A DNA stretch of 64,000 nucleotides from Gemmatimonadota bacterium (GTDB taxonomy: Bacteria; Gemmatimonadota; Gemmatimonadetes; Longimicrobiales; Gaopeijiaceae), in assembly GCA_034521595.1 (NCBI GenBank), contig JAXHMG010000003.1:1600001-1664000 (forward strand), given 5' to 3'. Below the pieces are notes generated by a model that did not search any database, was not told the DNA's origin, and was given only the letters and a program-made list of their open reading frames with translations. The position numbers and the translations under genes were made by a program. Positions 47,788-59,360 of the stretch are shown here, piece by piece (within the stretch, counting starts at the first letter, position 1; each line of letters starts with the position of its first letter).

Positions 47788-49424
47788 TCCTCCCGCGCAA
47801 CTGGCGGCTGGCCGTCCGGTCCCTCCCCTGGGGCTGGACGGCCGTCGCGTTGGCGCTCGTTCTGCTGCTGGCCATCCCGGTAATCACGATTCCCATCGGG
47901 GCACTGGCCCCCGCCGGCGAGGCTTGGGAGCACGTCTCGACGACCCTCCTTCCCCGGTACATGGGGAACACGCTCTTTCTCGTGCTGGCCTCCGGCGGGA
48001 TCGCGTTGGGACTCGGAGCCGGAACGGCGTGGCTGGTCGCCGTGTGCGAGTTTCCGGGGCGGAAGCTCTTCCGATGGGCGCTCGTGCTTCCTCTGGCCGT
48101 CCCCGCCTACATGGCGGCCTACGTCTACGCCGGCATGGTCGGCGTGACGGGCCCCATCCAGCGCACCCTGCGCGCCGTGGTCCCGGGCGCTTCGGACACG
48201 ATCTTCTATTGGAACATCATGAGGATCGAGGTCGTGGCCGTCCTCTTCGGCCTCGTGCTCTTCCCCTACGTATACCTGCCGGTCCGGGCGCTTCTCGAGT
48301 CCCGCGCCGGACCGACCCTGGAAGCCGCTCGGGTCCTCGGTCGAGGACACGCGTCGGTGTTCTGGACGATCGGCCTTCCTCTGGCACGGCCCGCGCTAGC
48401 CGGTGGAGTCGCCCTGGTGCTGATGGAGGTCATCAACGACTACGGCGCGGTGAAGTATTTCGGCGTTCCAACCTTCACCACGGGCATCTTCCGGGCGTGG
48501 TTTTCGCTGGGCGACCTGGACTCGGCGGTGCGGCTGTCCGGGATCTTGATGTTGATCGTGCTCACCCTCTTGCTGATCGAGCGCTGGCAGCGGGGCCAGG
48601 CCCGCTACGCGGCGTCCGGGGACTCCTCGCAGCCCGCTCCCTACCTGCTTCACGGCGCGAAAGGACTCGCCGCCACGCTCTTCTGTGCGCTTCCGATCGC
48701 ATTCGGCTTTCTGATTCCCGTCCTTCAACTCGCTGCGTGGACGGTCCGCACGGCGCCCGATGTCGTCGACGGAGGCTTCATCCGCATGACGGCCAACAGC
48801 CTCGGGTTGGCGGGCCTGGCGGGCCTCATCGCCGTCACCGTCGCTCTCGTGCTGTCCTACACGAGCCGGCTCGACCGAACGGAGATCACACGGTCGGCGT
48901 CCCGCATCGCGCTCCTCGGCTATTCGGTGCCGGGCGCGGTCATCGCGGTCGGCGTCCTGACCGTGTCGCTCTTCCTCGACGGACTTCTCGGCGGGGGCGT
49001 CCGGCTGATTCTCACGGGGACCGCGGCCGCTCTCGTCGCCGCGTACGTCGTCCGGTTCCTGGCCGTGGCCTACCTGCCCGTGGAGGCGGGACTCGAGCGG
49101 GTCGGGACGAATCTGACCGAGGCTTCCCGTATGTTGGGCGCCCGCCCTCTCCGCACGCTCCTCCGCATCGAGGTGCCGCTCCTACGGGGCACACTCGTCG
49201 CGGCGGGGACCCTCGTGGTGATCGACGTGTTGAAAGAATTGCCGCTTACGCTGATTCTTCGGCCGTTCAACTTCGACACGCTGGCCACGCGCGCCTTCCA
49301 GCTCGCGTCGGACGAACAGATCGCGGAGTCGGCGCCGGCGGCGCTGCTCGTCATTCTGTGCGCGACCGTCGTGGTCGCGTTCCTCCACCGCACTCTCGAC
49401 GAACGAGAAGACTTTGGTCGCTGA
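47778..49424 (+). CDS. Fe3+ ABC transporter permease
   Basis: PLAVPAY, two EAA-type loops, KELPLTLILRPFNFDTLA. Confidence 0.92.
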   Translation: MEIILPRNWRLAVRSLPWGWTAVALALVLLLAIPVITIPIGALAPAGEAWEHVSTTLLPRYMGNTLFLVLASGGIALGLGAGTAWLVAVCEFPGRKLFRWALVLPLAVPAYMAAYVYAGMVGVTGPIQRTLRAVVPGASDTIFYWNIMRIEVVAVLFGLVLFPYVYLPVRALLESRAGPTLEAARVLGRGHASVFWTIGLPLARPALAGGVALVLMEVINDYGAVKYFGVPTFTTGIFRAWFSLGDLDSAVRLSGILMLIVLTLLLIERWQRGQARYAASGDSSQPAPYLLHGAKGLAATLFCALPIAFGFLIPVLQLAAWTVRTAPDVVDGGFIRMTANSLGLAGLAGLIAVTVALVLSYTSRLDRTEITRSASRIALLGYSVPGAVIAVGVLTVSLFLDGLLGGGVRLILTGTAAALVAAYVVRFLAVAYLPVEAGLERVGTNLTEASRMLGARPLRTLLRIEVPLLRGTLVAAGTLVVIDVLKELPLTLILRPFNFDTLATRAFQLASDEQIAESAPAALLVILCATVVVAFLHRTLDEREDFGR

Positions 49425-50304
49425 AGCCCCAGACTCCGACGGCCCGAGCACGGCGCTGCGCCTCGAGGGCATCGGAAAGCGATTTCCCGGTGCGGATTGC
49501 AACGCGCTCCGCGGGGTCGACCTGGAGATCGGGGATCGCGAGCTCGTGGCCGTGGTCGGCCAGAGCGGCTGTGGAAAGACGACGCTGCTTCGGATCATCG
49601 CCGGCCTCGAGGTTCCCGACGCGGGCACCGTTCGGATCGGTGGCAAGACGGTGGCTGGCCCCGGAACGTGGGTCGCGCCCGAGCACCGGGGCGTGGGAAT
49701 GGTCTTTCAGGACTTCGCTCTCTTTCCTCACCTGAGCGTCAAGCAGAACATCGCCTACGGTCTCCGGGAGCTTTCGAAGTCCGCACGCCGTGAGCGCGTC
49801 GAGCGTGTGCTCGAGCTCGTCGATCTGGAAGGTCTCGGTGATCGCTACCCGCACCAGCTATCCGGCGGCCAACAGCAGCGCGTGGCGCTCGCTCGGGCCC
49901 TCGCACCCGAGCCGAGCCTCCTTCTCCTCGACGAGCCGTTCAGCAGCCTCGATGCCCCTCTCAAGGCATCGCTGCGCGCCGGCCTGACGAAAGTGATCCG
50001 GCGCACGGGCGTCCCTACCTTGCTCGTGGTACACGACGTCGAGGACGTCGTCGTGCTCGCGAACCGGGTCGCGGTGCTGCGCGAAGGCCGCATCATCCGC
50101 GAAGGCTCGCCCATCGGGCTTTGCCAGAACCCGGGCGACCCCTACGTGGCGCGCTTCTTCGAACGCCTTCGGACCCCGGATGCCAACCGCTTCCCCGTCG
50201 AGGCCGTCGACGAGGTCGACGAACAGGGGGGCGGTGAACAGGGGGGCGGTGAACCGGGAGAGGACGGAGAGAAGGAGCGGAAAGAGGCCGGAACGGGATC
50301 GTAG
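49414..50304 (+). CDS. Fe3+ ABC transporter ATP-binding protein
   Basis: GQSGCGKTT, FQDFALFPHL, LSGGQQQR, LLDEPF. Confidence 0.92.
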   Translation: MVAEAPDSDGPSTALRLEGIGKRFPGADCNALRGVDLEIGDRELVAVVGQSGCGKTTLLRIIAGLEVPDAGTVRIGGKTVAGPGTWVAPEHRGVGMVFQDFALFPHLSVKQNIAYGLRELSKSARRERVERVLELVDLEGLGDRYPHQLSGGQQQRVALARALAPEPSLLLLDEPFSSLDAPLKASLRAGLTKVIRRTGVPTLLVVHDVEDVVVLANRVAVLREGRIIREGSPIGLCQNPGDPYVARFFERLRTPDANRFPVEAVDEVDEQGGGEQGGGEPGEDGEKERKEAGTGS

Positions 50305-50336
50305 GCGTCTGCTCCGTCGGCTTCCGCCGGCGTGCT

Positions 50337-51128
50337 TCAGTACGTGAACGTGAGGCCCGTCCGTAATCGCGCGTCGAGGGCCGCGAGTCCGTCGGGCGGT
50401 CCGCTGTCGTAGCGGAGATCGAACGAAACCGTCATCGCCAACCGATCGGTGACCGGCGTGGCAAGGCTCAGATCCTCGAGCACACGGACGTCGCCGAGGT
50501 CGTCGAACCGGGGCTGGACGTACGTCGTCGACGTGACGACGAGCTGGCTCGCGACGAGGCGGAGCGAGAAGAACGTGCTGGACCGGAAGGTCGTCGTCGT
50601 GCGCGGATGGCTGGCCGTATCCGGCAAGTCGAGACGCTCGTCCTCGAGCATCACGGAGAAACCAGCGCCGATCTGACCCCACTCGCCCGTCGTCACCGGC
50701 GTGCGGATCCCCCCTCCGGCGAGCGTCCGAAACTTGAGGAGCTGCGACCGGTCGTAGTTCGCCTGCAGGTACCACTCGGGCCACACCCACTGCTCGTTGC
50801 TGTAGGTCTTGCGGTAGTGGAACAGCCCGGACGAAGAGAAACGCCTCCGCCCGAGGAACCCCAGCCCCCCGTTTCCGACCATCAATGTCGTCACCGCCCC
50901 CTCGACCTCGTAGATCCGGGCGCTGACGCCGAGCTGCGCGAAGTCCGTATTCCCGGTCTGCGCCGTCAGGTCCGCGCTGAGTGACCCCGAGCGCCCTTCG
51001 GGCGGCTCCTCACGGCTGAGCGGTTGGACGTCCACCTGAGCCAGCGCCGGGGCCCGGACACCGGCCACCGTCCCGAGGAGGAGGACGGCCGTCGCCACCC
51101 GCGAGCTCGAGCGAAGGCACCGCACCAT
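50337..51128 (-). CDS. DUF481-like outer-membrane beta-barrel protein
   Basis: Signal peptide, GNT motif, YVQPRFDD..D.R, C-terminal GLTFTY. Confidence 0.7.
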   Translation of the reverse strand: MVRCLRSSSRVATAVLLLGTVAGVRAPALAQVDVQPLSREEPPEGRSGSLSADLTAQTGNTDFAQLGVSARIYEVEGAVTTLMVGNGGLGFLGRRRFSSSGLFHYRKTYSNEQWVWPEWYLQANYDRSQLLKFRTLAGGGIRTPVTTGEWGQIGAGFSVMLEDERLDLPDTASHPRTTTTFRSSTFFSLRLVASQLVVTSTTYVQPRFDDLGDVRVLEDLSLATPVTDRLAMTVSFDLRYDSGPPDGLAALDARLRTGLTFTY

Positions 51129-51339
51129 GAAGTGAAGGGAAAGGTCGAGCGAAGGCACGAAAGCCATGGTCAATCAAGGGGTGAGAGAAACGCGAAACCG
51201 GTCAGGTCCGGCCGTGCCTCTGACGCTAGCACGGTCCGGCCTCCCGTCCAGGCCTTGCCACGCACACTTGCCGACACGCCCGTGCACACGAACATTGCCG
51301 CGCAGCCGCCATCGCACGAACCCATCGCCGGAGTCGACC

Positions 51340-51765
51340 GTGAAGAAGGCAATCGGAGCCCTGACCGCCTTGACGCTGATCGCATCCATGCCAGCAGGTG
51401 CACAGGACGCCGACATGAGCTTCTTCATCACCAGCGAGGGGCCCGGGGACGGAGCGGACCTGGGCGGGCTCGAGGGTGCGGACCAGCACTGCCAGGACCT
51501 CGCCTACACCGCCGGCTTCGGTGACCTGACGTGGCGGGCCTACCTGAGCGCCGCCCCCGAGGACGGCCGTCCCGCCGTGCACGCCCGCGACCGGCTCGGC
51601 AGCGGTCCGTGGCACAACTACGAGGGCGTCATGATCGCCCGTGACGTCACGGAGCTGCACTCCGAGAGGGCGAACCTCACGAAGGAGACCATCCTCACCG
51701 AGCAGGGAGAGATGGTCAACGGGCGTGGGGACGACCGGAACGCTCGTACGGAGGCACGGCGATGA
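51340..51765 (+). pseudogene. Exported lectin-like (endostatin/DUF1554-like) protein, apparently C-terminally truncated
   Basis: MSFFITS.G.G.GADLGGL.GAD.HCQ.LA, WRAYLS, ARDRLG.GPW; ends shortly after NGRGD, where recalled homologues continue. Confidence 0.6.
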
Positions 51766-53732
51766 GCACGATGCCCGGCCTGCAACGTGCGCTCGGTTGT
51801 GCGCTCGCCACGACGATCCTCGCCACTCCGCTCACGGGCCAGACCGTGGAGCGAGGCACCCCGACCGGAGAGTGGCGCTCCTGGGGCGCGGACCACTACG
51901 GGACCCGCTACACGCCCCTCGACCAGATCGACGCAGACAACTTCGAGGAGCTCGAAGTCGCATGGATCTGGCGGGGTGACAACTTCAGCCCGAACGGCCC
52001 GGACCGAATCCTCCGCTCCACCCCCGTCTACGCCGACGGCAAACTGTTCACGGTCGCGGGCAGCCGCCGTACCGCCGCAGCCATCGATCCCGCCACCGGT
52101 GAGACTTTGTGGATCTTCCGCGAAGAGCCGACCAAGCGGTACGAGGACTCGATGCGGAAGAATTACGGTAAGGGCGTCGCCTACGAGGAGGTCGACGGAC
52201 AGGGCCGGGTATACCTGATCACCCCGGCCTTCTTCCTCTGGGCGCTCGACGCCGACACCGGGCGGCCCGTCGAGGAGTTCGGCGACAAGGGTGTGGTGGA
52301 TCTCATCACGTACCTCGGCCCCTGGGAGCACGACCGGGAAGATGGGCTGCCTCCCGACGTGGGCTACATCACGAACTCCACCCCGCCCGTCATCGCCAAC
52401 GGCACGGTGATCGTCGGCAACTCCCACGAGCAGGGCTACTACCAGACGCGCCGCGAGAACGTGCCCGGCAACATCATGGGCTTCGATGCCGCGTCCGGGG
52501 AACACAAGTGGACCTTCAACGTGATCCCGCAGGAAGACGAGTTCGGGAACGACACCTGGCTGTCCGACGCGTGGCAGTACACGGGCAACGTCTCTGCCTG
52601 GGCGCCGATGACGGCGGATCCCGAGCTCGGACTGGTGTACGTCGGGACCGACCCACCGACCATCGACTATTACGGCGGGTTCCACCCCGGCGAGAACCTC
52701 TTCAGCACGACCATTCTCGCCCTCGACACCGAGACGGGCGAGCGCCGCTGGCACTTCCAGACCGTCCACCACGACATCTGGAACTACGACATGCCGGCGC
52801 AGCCCAACCTCCTCGACGTGACGATCGACGGCGAGCCGCGGAAGATCCTGGCGCAGACGACCAAGCAGAGCTTCGTCTACGTGTTGGATCGTGAGACCGG
52901 CGAGCCGATCTGGCCGATCGAGGAACGCCCGGTGCCGCAGTCGGACGTACCCGGGGAGTGGACGTCGCCGACCCAGCCCTTCCCCACCAAGCCCGCGGCC
53001 TACGAGATGCAGGGCCTCACCGAAGACGACCTCATCGACTTCACGCCCGAGTTGCGGGAAGAAGCGCTCGAGATCGTCAGCGAATACCGAATGGGCCCGC
53101 TCTTCAACCCACCCATGGTCTCGGGACAGGACGGACTCGTCGCGGCGATCCACTGCCCCGGGGCGAACGGAGGCACGAACATCCCGGGCGGCACCGTCGC
53201 GGACCCCGAGACCGGCATCCTGTACACCGCTACCCAACGCGGATGCAGCGCGCCGCGGCTCCAGCCCGGTACGGACGTCGACCCCGAGTCGAACGTGGAC
53301 TGGGTTTCGGTGGGTCCGGGTGGGGTGCGTGGTCCACGAGGCCTGCCCCTCGTGAAGCCTCCGTACGCGAGCATCACGGCCATCGACATGAACACCGGCG
53401 AGCATCTGTGGTCCATCCCCAACGGGTATACGCCGGACCGGATCCGGAACCATCCAGCACTCGAAGGGGTGGAGCTCGGCAACACCGGCTCGACCGGACA
53501 CGCCACGGCGCTCGTCACGGGATCGCTCTTCATCTACGCGGAAGGACGAGGGCAGCGTCCGATCCTGTACGCGATCGACAAGCGCACCGCCGAGTCCATC
53601 GGCCAGGTCGAGATCCCCGCCCCGACCAACACCGCTCCCATGAGCTACATGCACGACGGTGTCCAGTACATCGTGATGGCGGTGGGAGGGGCAGAGCTTC
53701 CGGGCTCGTTGGTGGCATTGAGGATCCCCTGA
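51762..53732 (+). CDS. PQQ-dependent dehydrogenase (glucose dehydrogenase-like, exported)
   Basis: TRYTPLDQI, WHFQTVHHDIWNYD, DRETGEPIWPIEERPVP, KPPY. Confidence 0.88.
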   Translation: MSTMPGLQRALGCALATTILATPLTGQTVERGTPTGEWRSWGADHYGTRYTPLDQIDADNFEELEVAWIWRGDNFSPNGPDRILRSTPVYADGKLFTVAGSRRTAAAIDPATGETLWIFREEPTKRYEDSMRKNYGKGVAYEEVDGQGRVYLITPAFFLWALDADTGRPVEEFGDKGVVDLITYLGPWEHDREDGLPPDVGYITNSTPPVIANGTVIVGNSHEQGYYQTRRENVPGNIMGFDAASGEHKWTFNVIPQEDEFGNDTWLSDAWQYTGNVSAWAPMTADPELGLVYVGTDPPTIDYYGGFHPGENLFSTTILALDTETGERRWHFQTVHHDIWNYDMPAQPNLLDVTIDGEPRKILAQTTKQSFVYVLDRETGEPIWPIEERPVPQSDVPGEWTSPTQPFPTKPAAYEMQGLTEDDLIDFTPELREEALEIVSEYRMGPLFNPPMVSGQDGLVAAIHCPGANGGTNIPGGTVADPETGILYTATQRGCSAPRLQPGTDVDPESNVDWVSVGPGGVRGPRGLPLVKPPYASITAIDMNTGEHLWSIPNGYTPDRIRNHPALEGVELGNTGSTGHATALVTGSLFIYAEGRGQRPILYAIDKRTAESIGQVEIPAPTNTAPMSYMHDGVQYIVMAVGGAELPGSLVALRIP

Positions 53733-53751
53733 CCCAAGGACTCGCTCCGGA

Positions 53752-54753
53752 ATGACGAGGGGAACGGACGAGCGACCCACCGCGGGAATCACCACCGTGG
53801 CGGGGATCGAGCTCGGCCACCACACACTCACGGAACGTCCGACCGGCTGCACGGTGATCCTCGCTCCGGCCGGGGCGGTGGGCGGGGTCGACGTGCGGGG
53901 GAGCGCCCCGGGCACGCGGGAGACCGCGCTCCTCGATCCGGTGAACTCGGTGGCCGTGGTGCATGCCGTCGTGCTCTCCGGCGGGAGCGCGTTCGGACTC
54001 GACGCGGCGTCCGGCGTCATGCGCTATCTCGACGAGCACGACGTCGGATACCGGGTGGGCGACAAAGTCGTGCCGATCGTGGTCGGCGCGATTCTCTATG
54101 ATCTGGACCTCGAGGGCGTTGACAGGATCCGTCCCGGACCGGAATCCGGATACGCCGCGGCCCGCACCGCCGCGAGAGGGGACGTCGCGGAGGGCTCGGT
54201 GGGCGCGGGCGCGGGCGCGACGGTCGGCAAGCTGCGAGGCACCGCGCGGGCCATGAAGGGTGGATTCGGCACGGCGTCCGTGACGCTGGACGGCGGCGTG
54301 ACGGTCGCCGCCGCGGTCGTCGTCAACGCCAGCGGCGACATCGTGGATCCCGCCACGGGTCGGGTCGTGGCCGGTGTGAGGACCGAGGACGCCACGGGGC
54401 TCGCCGACGCGCGCCTTCTCCTGCGGGAGCGCAGCGTCACGAGCGGCCGCGCCTCGGGCACGAACACCACGATCGGCGTCGTCGCCACCAACGCGACGCT
54501 GACCAAGGCCCAGGCGACGAAGGTGGCGCAGATGGGCCAGGACGGCGTCGCCCGCGCCGTCTATCCGGCACACACCATGTACGACGGGGACGTGATCTTC
54601 ACTCTGGCCACGGGCCACCTTCCCGATACACCCGACGTCACACGGATCGGCGCCTTGGCCGCCGACGTCGTGGCGGAGGCGATCCTCCGCGCGGTGCACT
54701 CGGCCGAGCCGCTCCCCGGCCTGCCGAGCGCCCGGGACCTTGCCCGCCGGTGA
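53752..54753 (+). CDS. P1/S58 (DmpA-like) peptidase
   Basis: [44 protein letters not shown]. Confidence 0.9.
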   Translation: MTRGTDERPTAGITTVAGIELGHHTLTERPTGCTVILAPAGAVGGVDVRGSAPGTRETALLDPVNSVAVVHAVVLSGGSAFGLDAASGVMRYLDEHDVGYRVGDKVVPIVVGAILYDLDLEGVDRIRPGPESGYAAARTAARGDVAEGSVGAGAGATVGKLRGTARAMKGGFGTASVTLDGGVTVAAAVVVNASGDIVDPATGRVVAGVRTEDATGLADARLLLRERSVTSGRASGTNTTIGVVATNATLTKAQATKVAQMGQDGVARAVYPAHTMYDGDVIFTLATGHLPDTPDVTRIGALAADVVAEAILRAVHSAEPLPGLPSARDLARR

Positions 54754-54893
54754 GGGTGCCTCCGAAGATCCACCGGACACACTCTACCGCCACCGCCTTG
54801 CTCCGGTTCGAAATCTGCCTAACCTGTTGGGTTCCGAACGGGCCGAAGCGGCCCAGCCCACCTCGTCTCGACAACTCCGAGGACGACCGACAG

Positions 54894-57119
54894 ATGACCC
54901 AGTCACCTCCGATCATTTACACCCTGACCGACGAAGCCCCCGCCCTCGCCACCCATGCGCTACTTCCGGTGGTGCGGGCGTTCGCAGGAGCTACGGGTGT
55001 GCCGGTGGAGACACGGGACATCTCGCTGGCCGGACGCACGCTCGGCGCCTTCGCGGACCGACTCGCTGACGGCCAGCAGGACGCGGATGATCTGGCCGAG
55101 CTCGGCCAGATGGTCGAGCAGCCCGAAGCGAACGTCATCAAGCTACCCAACATCAGCGCTTCCGTACCGCAGCTCACGGCATGCATCAAGGAGCTACAGG
55201 CCAAGGGCTATGCCCTGCCCGATTATCCGCACGAGCCGGAGAGTGACGAGGAGCGTGCCGTACGGGCCCGGTACGACAAGGTCAAGGGAAGCGCGGTCAA
55301 CCCGGTGCTCCGACAAGGAAATTCCGACCGCCGCATCCCCCGCTCGGTCAAGGAGTTCTCGCGCTCCCACCCACCGCGCATGTCCGAGTGGCCCGACGAC
55401 TCCAAGACACACGTCGCCACGATGAGCGAGGGGGACTTCCGGAACAGCGAGCGCTCGGTGACGCTCGACGGCGCCACCAACGCCCGCGTCGAGTTGGTCA
55501 CGGACGACGGACGAGTCATCGTCTTGAAGGAGTCGATCCCGCTCGAAGACGGTGAGGTGCTCGACGCCGCTGTCATGAGCCGGAAAGCCCTCATCTCCTT
55601 CCTCGAAGCCCAGGTCCGGGACGCGAAGGAGCGCGGCGTGTTGTTCTCGCTCCATATGAAGGCCACGATGATGAAGGTGTCCGATCCGATCATCTTCGGA
55701 CACTGCGTGCGCGTCTTCTTCAAGGACGTCTTCGACAAACACGCATCGACGCTCGAAGAGCTCGGTGTCGACCCGAACAACGGGTTCGGCGACCTGGTGT
55801 CGAAGATCGAAACGCTGCCAGAGGACCGCCGTGCCGAGATCGAGGCGGATATCGAAGCGGTCTACGACCGGGGGCCGGGCATCGCCATGGTCGACTCGCA
55901 CCGCGGCATCACGAACCTCCACGTGCCGAGCGACATCATCATCGACGCGTCGATGCCCCCGATGATCCGGGACTCCGGACGCATGTGGAACGCCGACGAC
56001 GCGCTCCAGGACTGCAAGGCGATCATTCCCGACTCCAGCTACGCCGGCATCTACGACGCCGTCGTGCGCGACTGCCAGGAACGCGGTCAGTTCGACCCCT
56101 CGACGATGGGAAGTGTGTCGAACGTCGGCCTCATGGCCCAAAAAGCGGAAGAATACGGCTCACACGACAAGACGTTCGAGATCCCCGAAGCCGGCACGGT
56201 GCGCGTGGTCGATTCCGACGACCGCACCTTGCTCGAGCACACAGTGGACGTCGGCGACCTCTGGCGAGCCTGCCAGACCAAGGATGTGGCGGTGCGCGAC
56301 TGGGTGAAGCTCGCGGTCAACCGGGCTCGGGCGACCGGCACTCCGGCGGTATTCTGGCTCGACGAAGCGCGAGCACACGACGCGGAGCTCATCCGGAAGG
56401 TGGAGCGTTACCTCGAGGACGAAGACACCGACGGGCTCCAGATCGAGATTCTCCCGCCCGTCGAAGCCATGCGCTTTTCGCTGGACCGAATCCGGCGCGG
56501 AGAGGACACGATCTCGGTGACGGGTAACGTGCTCCGTGACTACCTCACGGACCTCTTCCCGATCCTGGAGATCGGCACCAGCGCCCGCATGCTCTCGATC
56601 GTCCCGCTTCTGAACGGGGGCGGCCTGTTCGAAACCGGCGCCGGAGGATCGGCGCCGAAGCACGTGCAGCAGTTCCAGAAGGAGGGGCACATCCGCTGGG
56701 ACTCGCTCGGAGAGTACCTCGCGCTGGCCGCCTCGCTCCAACACCTGGGAGAGAAGTTCGACAACGCCGGAGCCCACGTGCTCGGAGACGCGCTCGACGC
56801 CGCCACCGCGCGCTACCTCGAAGAGGCGCGCGCACCGAAACGCAAGGTGCACGAGCTCGACAACCGGGGCAGCACGTTCTACCTGACGCTCTACTGGGCG
56901 GAAGCCTTGGCCGACCAGACGTCGGCGCCCAAGCTGGCGGAGCGGTTCCGATCCGTGGCCCGGGAGCTTCGCGACAACGAGGCCACGATCCTCGAGGAGT
57001 TGGACGCCGCGCAGGGGAGCTCGCAGGACCTCGGTGGCTACTACCTCCCGGATTGGGACCGCGCGAGCGAGGCCATGCGACCGAGCGCCACTCTGAACCG
57101 GATCATCGACGACGTCTGA
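54894..57119 (+). CDS. icd: Monomeric NADP-dependent isocitrate dehydrogenase
   Basis: [60 protein letters not shown]. Confidence 0.96.
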   Translation: MTQSPPIIYTLTDEAPALATHALLPVVRAFAGATGVPVETRDISLAGRTLGAFADRLADGQQDADDLAELGQMVEQPEANVIKLPNISASVPQLTACIKELQAKGYALPDYPHEPESDEERAVRARYDKVKGSAVNPVLRQGNSDRRIPRSVKEFSRSHPPRMSEWPDDSKTHVATMSEGDFRNSERSVTLDGATNARVELVTDDGRVIVLKESIPLEDGEVLDAAVMSRKALISFLEAQVRDAKERGVLFSLHMKATMMKVSDPIIFGHCVRVFFKDVFDKHASTLEELGVDPNNGFGDLVSKIETLPEDRRAEIEADIEAVYDRGPGIAMVDSHRGITNLHVPSDIIIDASMPPMIRDSGRMWNADDALQDCKAIIPDSSYAGIYDAVVRDCQERGQFDPSTMGSVSNVGLMAQKAEEYGSHDKTFEIPEAGTVRVVDSDDRTLLEHTVDVGDLWRACQTKDVAVRDWVKLAVNRARATGTPAVFWLDEARAHDAELIRKVERYLEDEDTDGLQIEILPPVEAMRFSLDRIRRGEDTISVTGNVLRDYLTDLFPILEIGTSARMLSIVPLLNGGGLFETGAGGSAPKHVQQFQKEGHIRWDSLGEYLALAASLQHLGEKFDNAGAHVLGDALDAATARYLEEARAPKRKVHELDNRGSTFYLTLYWAEALADQTSAPKLAERFRSVARELRDNEATILEELDAAQGSSQDLGGYYLPDWDRASEAMRPSATLNRIIDDV

Positions 57120-57201
57120 CCATCACCGCATCAAACAATTTGGTCGGCTCGCGCGTCCGTAGAGGTGTGCCTTAGCTCCACGTTCCTCCAGCCCGAACCA
57201 C

Positions 57202-58554
57202 ATGACCTCCGCCATCCAGCGCTTCGCGAACATTCGCAGGGAGGAGGTGCTCCCGCTTCTGGCTTCGGTGCTCTTCTTCTTCTGCGTGCTCTCGGCGCTC
57301 ATGGTGGTCCGGCCGGCCCGCGAAGCGCTCGGCATGGAAAGCGGGCTGGACACGGTGCGCTGGCTCTTCGTCGGCACCGCGGTCGTGACGCTCGCGGTGA
57401 ACCCGGTCTTCGGATTCCTGGTGGCGAGGTTCCGCCGGCTCTCCTTCATCGCCGCGACCTACTTCTTCTTCGCGGGGAGCCTCTTGGTGTTCTGGGCGCT
57501 CCTGAGGTTCACGCCGGACGCGACCGGAGAGATCACGGGCCGGGTCTTCTACGTCTGGTTCAGCGTCTTCAACCTGTTCAGCACCATGGTGTTCTGGGCG
57601 CTGATGGCCGATCGGTTCTCCTTCGAGCAGTCGAAGCGACTCTTCGGTGTGGTCGCGGTGGGTGGCACGCTCGGCGCCATCTTCGGCCCCTGGCTCGCGT
57701 GGAACATCGTGGAATCCGTGGGCACGGCGAACCTCATCCTGATCGCGGTGGGGTTCCTCTGTCTGGCGGTGCTCGCGGCCGCGTGGGTCGCCTGGTTACA
57801 GCCGCAACAGGGTGAGCCGGACCCCGACGCCCCGGAGAGTGCCCCGGCCGTGCCCGGACAGCCCGCCGTCGACCGGAACGCGGCGATCGGCGGAAGCGCG
57901 TGGGAGGGGTTCCGGGCGGTCTTCAGGTCCCGGTACCTGCTCGCCATCTGCGCGTTCGTCCTCATCTTGGCGGTCATGGCCACGTTCATCTACTTCACGC
58001 GCCTCGCGATGGTCGCCGAGGTCGCGGACGAGACCGATGCCCGCACCGCTCTCTTCGCGAACATCGACATGTGGACGCAGATCGCGACCCTGGTGCTTCA
58101 GCTCTTCGTGGCCGGTCACCTCATGAAGCGCATCGGCGTATCGATAACTCTAATGCTGCTGCCGATCACGGTTCTACTCGGGTTCATCGGGCTCGCGATC
58201 GTCGGAACGATCGCGGCGCTCATCATCTTCGAAGCGACGTTCCGTGCCGTGCAGCGAGCGATCATGCGTCCCGCCCGCGAAACCCTGTTCACGGTCGTGA
58301 GCCGCGAAGACAAGTACAAAGCCAAGGCGTTCATCGACACCTTCGTCTACCGCGGCGGCGATGTCGTGGGTGCGTGGACCGAAGGGCTCCTCGGCCGCCT
58401 GGGCATGGGTCTGGCGGGCCTCGCGACCCTGGTGTTCCCGCTCGCGATCCTCTGGGGGATCCTCGGCGTGTGGTTGGGACGCCAACAGGGACGGATCGCG
58501 GACCGGATCGAAGAAAATGCCCGTGAGAACGAGACCGGCGCGCTCACATATTGA
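57202..58554 (+). CDS. NTT/TLC-like MFS transporter
   Basis: FYVWFSVFNLF, RPARETLFTVV.REDKYKAK.FIDT.VYRGGD. Confidence 0.82.
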   Translation: MTSAIQRFANIRREEVLPLLASVLFFFCVLSALMVVRPAREALGMESGLDTVRWLFVGTAVVTLAVNPVFGFLVARFRRLSFIAATYFFFAGSLLVFWALLRFTPDATGEITGRVFYVWFSVFNLFSTMVFWALMADRFSFEQSKRLFGVVAVGGTLGAIFGPWLAWNIVESVGTANLILIAVGFLCLAVLAAAWVAWLQPQQGEPDPDAPESAPAVPGQPAVDRNAAIGGSAWEGFRAVFRSRYLLAICAFVLILAVMATFIYFTRLAMVAEVADETDARTALFANIDMWTQIATLVLQLFVAGHLMKRIGVSITLMLLPITVLLGFIGLAIVGTIAALIIFEATFRAVQRAIMRPARETLFTVVSREDKYKAKAFIDTFVYRGGDVVGAWTEGLLGRLGMGLAGLATLVFPLAILWGILGVWLGRQQGRIADRIEENARENETGALTY

Positions 58555-58637
58555 AACCGGGTCGCGGCGCGCGGCGTAGGAGTATACGTTCGCTGCATCC
58601 GAGCCGCATCGCTCGTGAACCCTGGACGGAGGAGCTC

Positions 58638-59360
58638 GTGCCCCGCTCGAAATGCTCCCTGATGATCGTGACGCTTTTGGTCCCCCTCTTGGCCGGCTGC
58701 GGCACGGGAGGCGCCACCCAAGCCGAAGACCCCGCGCCTCCGCCGCCTGATCCGTCCGACGAATCCGCCGAAGCACCGCTGTCCGACGCCGAGATCGAAG
58801 CCCTCTACCGGGAGCGCGTCGAGGAAAGCCGGACCCGCTTCACCGAGGCCGACGTCCGCTTCATGACCGACATGATCCACCACCACGCACAGGCGGTCGA
58901 GATCTCGCGCTTCGCGCCCGACCGGGGTGCGAGCCGCCAGATCAGAACGCTCGCGGCACGGATCATCAACGCTCAGCAGGACGAGATCGAGACCATGCGA
59001 CGATGGCTCGAGGATCGTGATCAACCGGTGCCCGAGCTCCACGAGGAAGGCGACCGCGTCATGGTCCGCGGAGGCGCCCCCGTCGACATGGGCGAGATGC
59101 CCGGCATGCTCAGCCGGGAGCAGATCGAGCGACTGAAAGCCGCACGCGGCCGAGAGTTCGACCGCCTCTTTCTCACGTTCATGATCGAGCATCACGAAGG
59201 GGCGGTGACCATGGTCCGCGAGCTCTTCGGGACGGACGGTGCCGGTCAGGACGAGGACGTATTCCGTTTCGCCTCGGACGTCCAGGTCGACCAGGCCACC
59301 GAAGTCGACCGCATGCAGCAAATGCTCGAAGCGATGCCGCCGAGCGGCGGCGGCCGATGA
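58638..59360 (+). CDS. DUF305 family lipoprotein
   Basis: Lipobox LAGC, DVRFM..MIHHHAQA, FDRLFL..MIEHHEGA. Confidence 0.88.
   Translation: MPRSKCSLMIVTLLVPLLAGCGTGGATQAEDPAPPPPDPSDESAEAPLSDAEIEALYRERVEESRTRFTEADVRFMTDMIHHHAQAVEISRFAPDRGASRQIRTLAARIINAQQDEIETMRRWLEDRDQPVPELHEEGDRVMVRGGAPVDMGEMPGMLSREQIERLKAARGREFDRLFLTFMIEHHEGAVTMVRELFGTDGAGQDEDVFRFASDVQVDQATEVDRMQQMLEAMPPSGGGR

Noticed and set aside
50221-50255. 15-bp tandem duplication (EQGGG x2) in the ABC ATPase tail
   Set aside because: In-frame low-complexity tail, likely neutral slippage
51618-54020. Long antisense or alternative-frame ORFs (e.g. 800 aa here; also 5631-7208, 18706-20616, 20824-22542, 47924-49735)
   Set aside because: Shadow ORFs expected at high GC; they overlap well-supported genes and show no recognisable motifs
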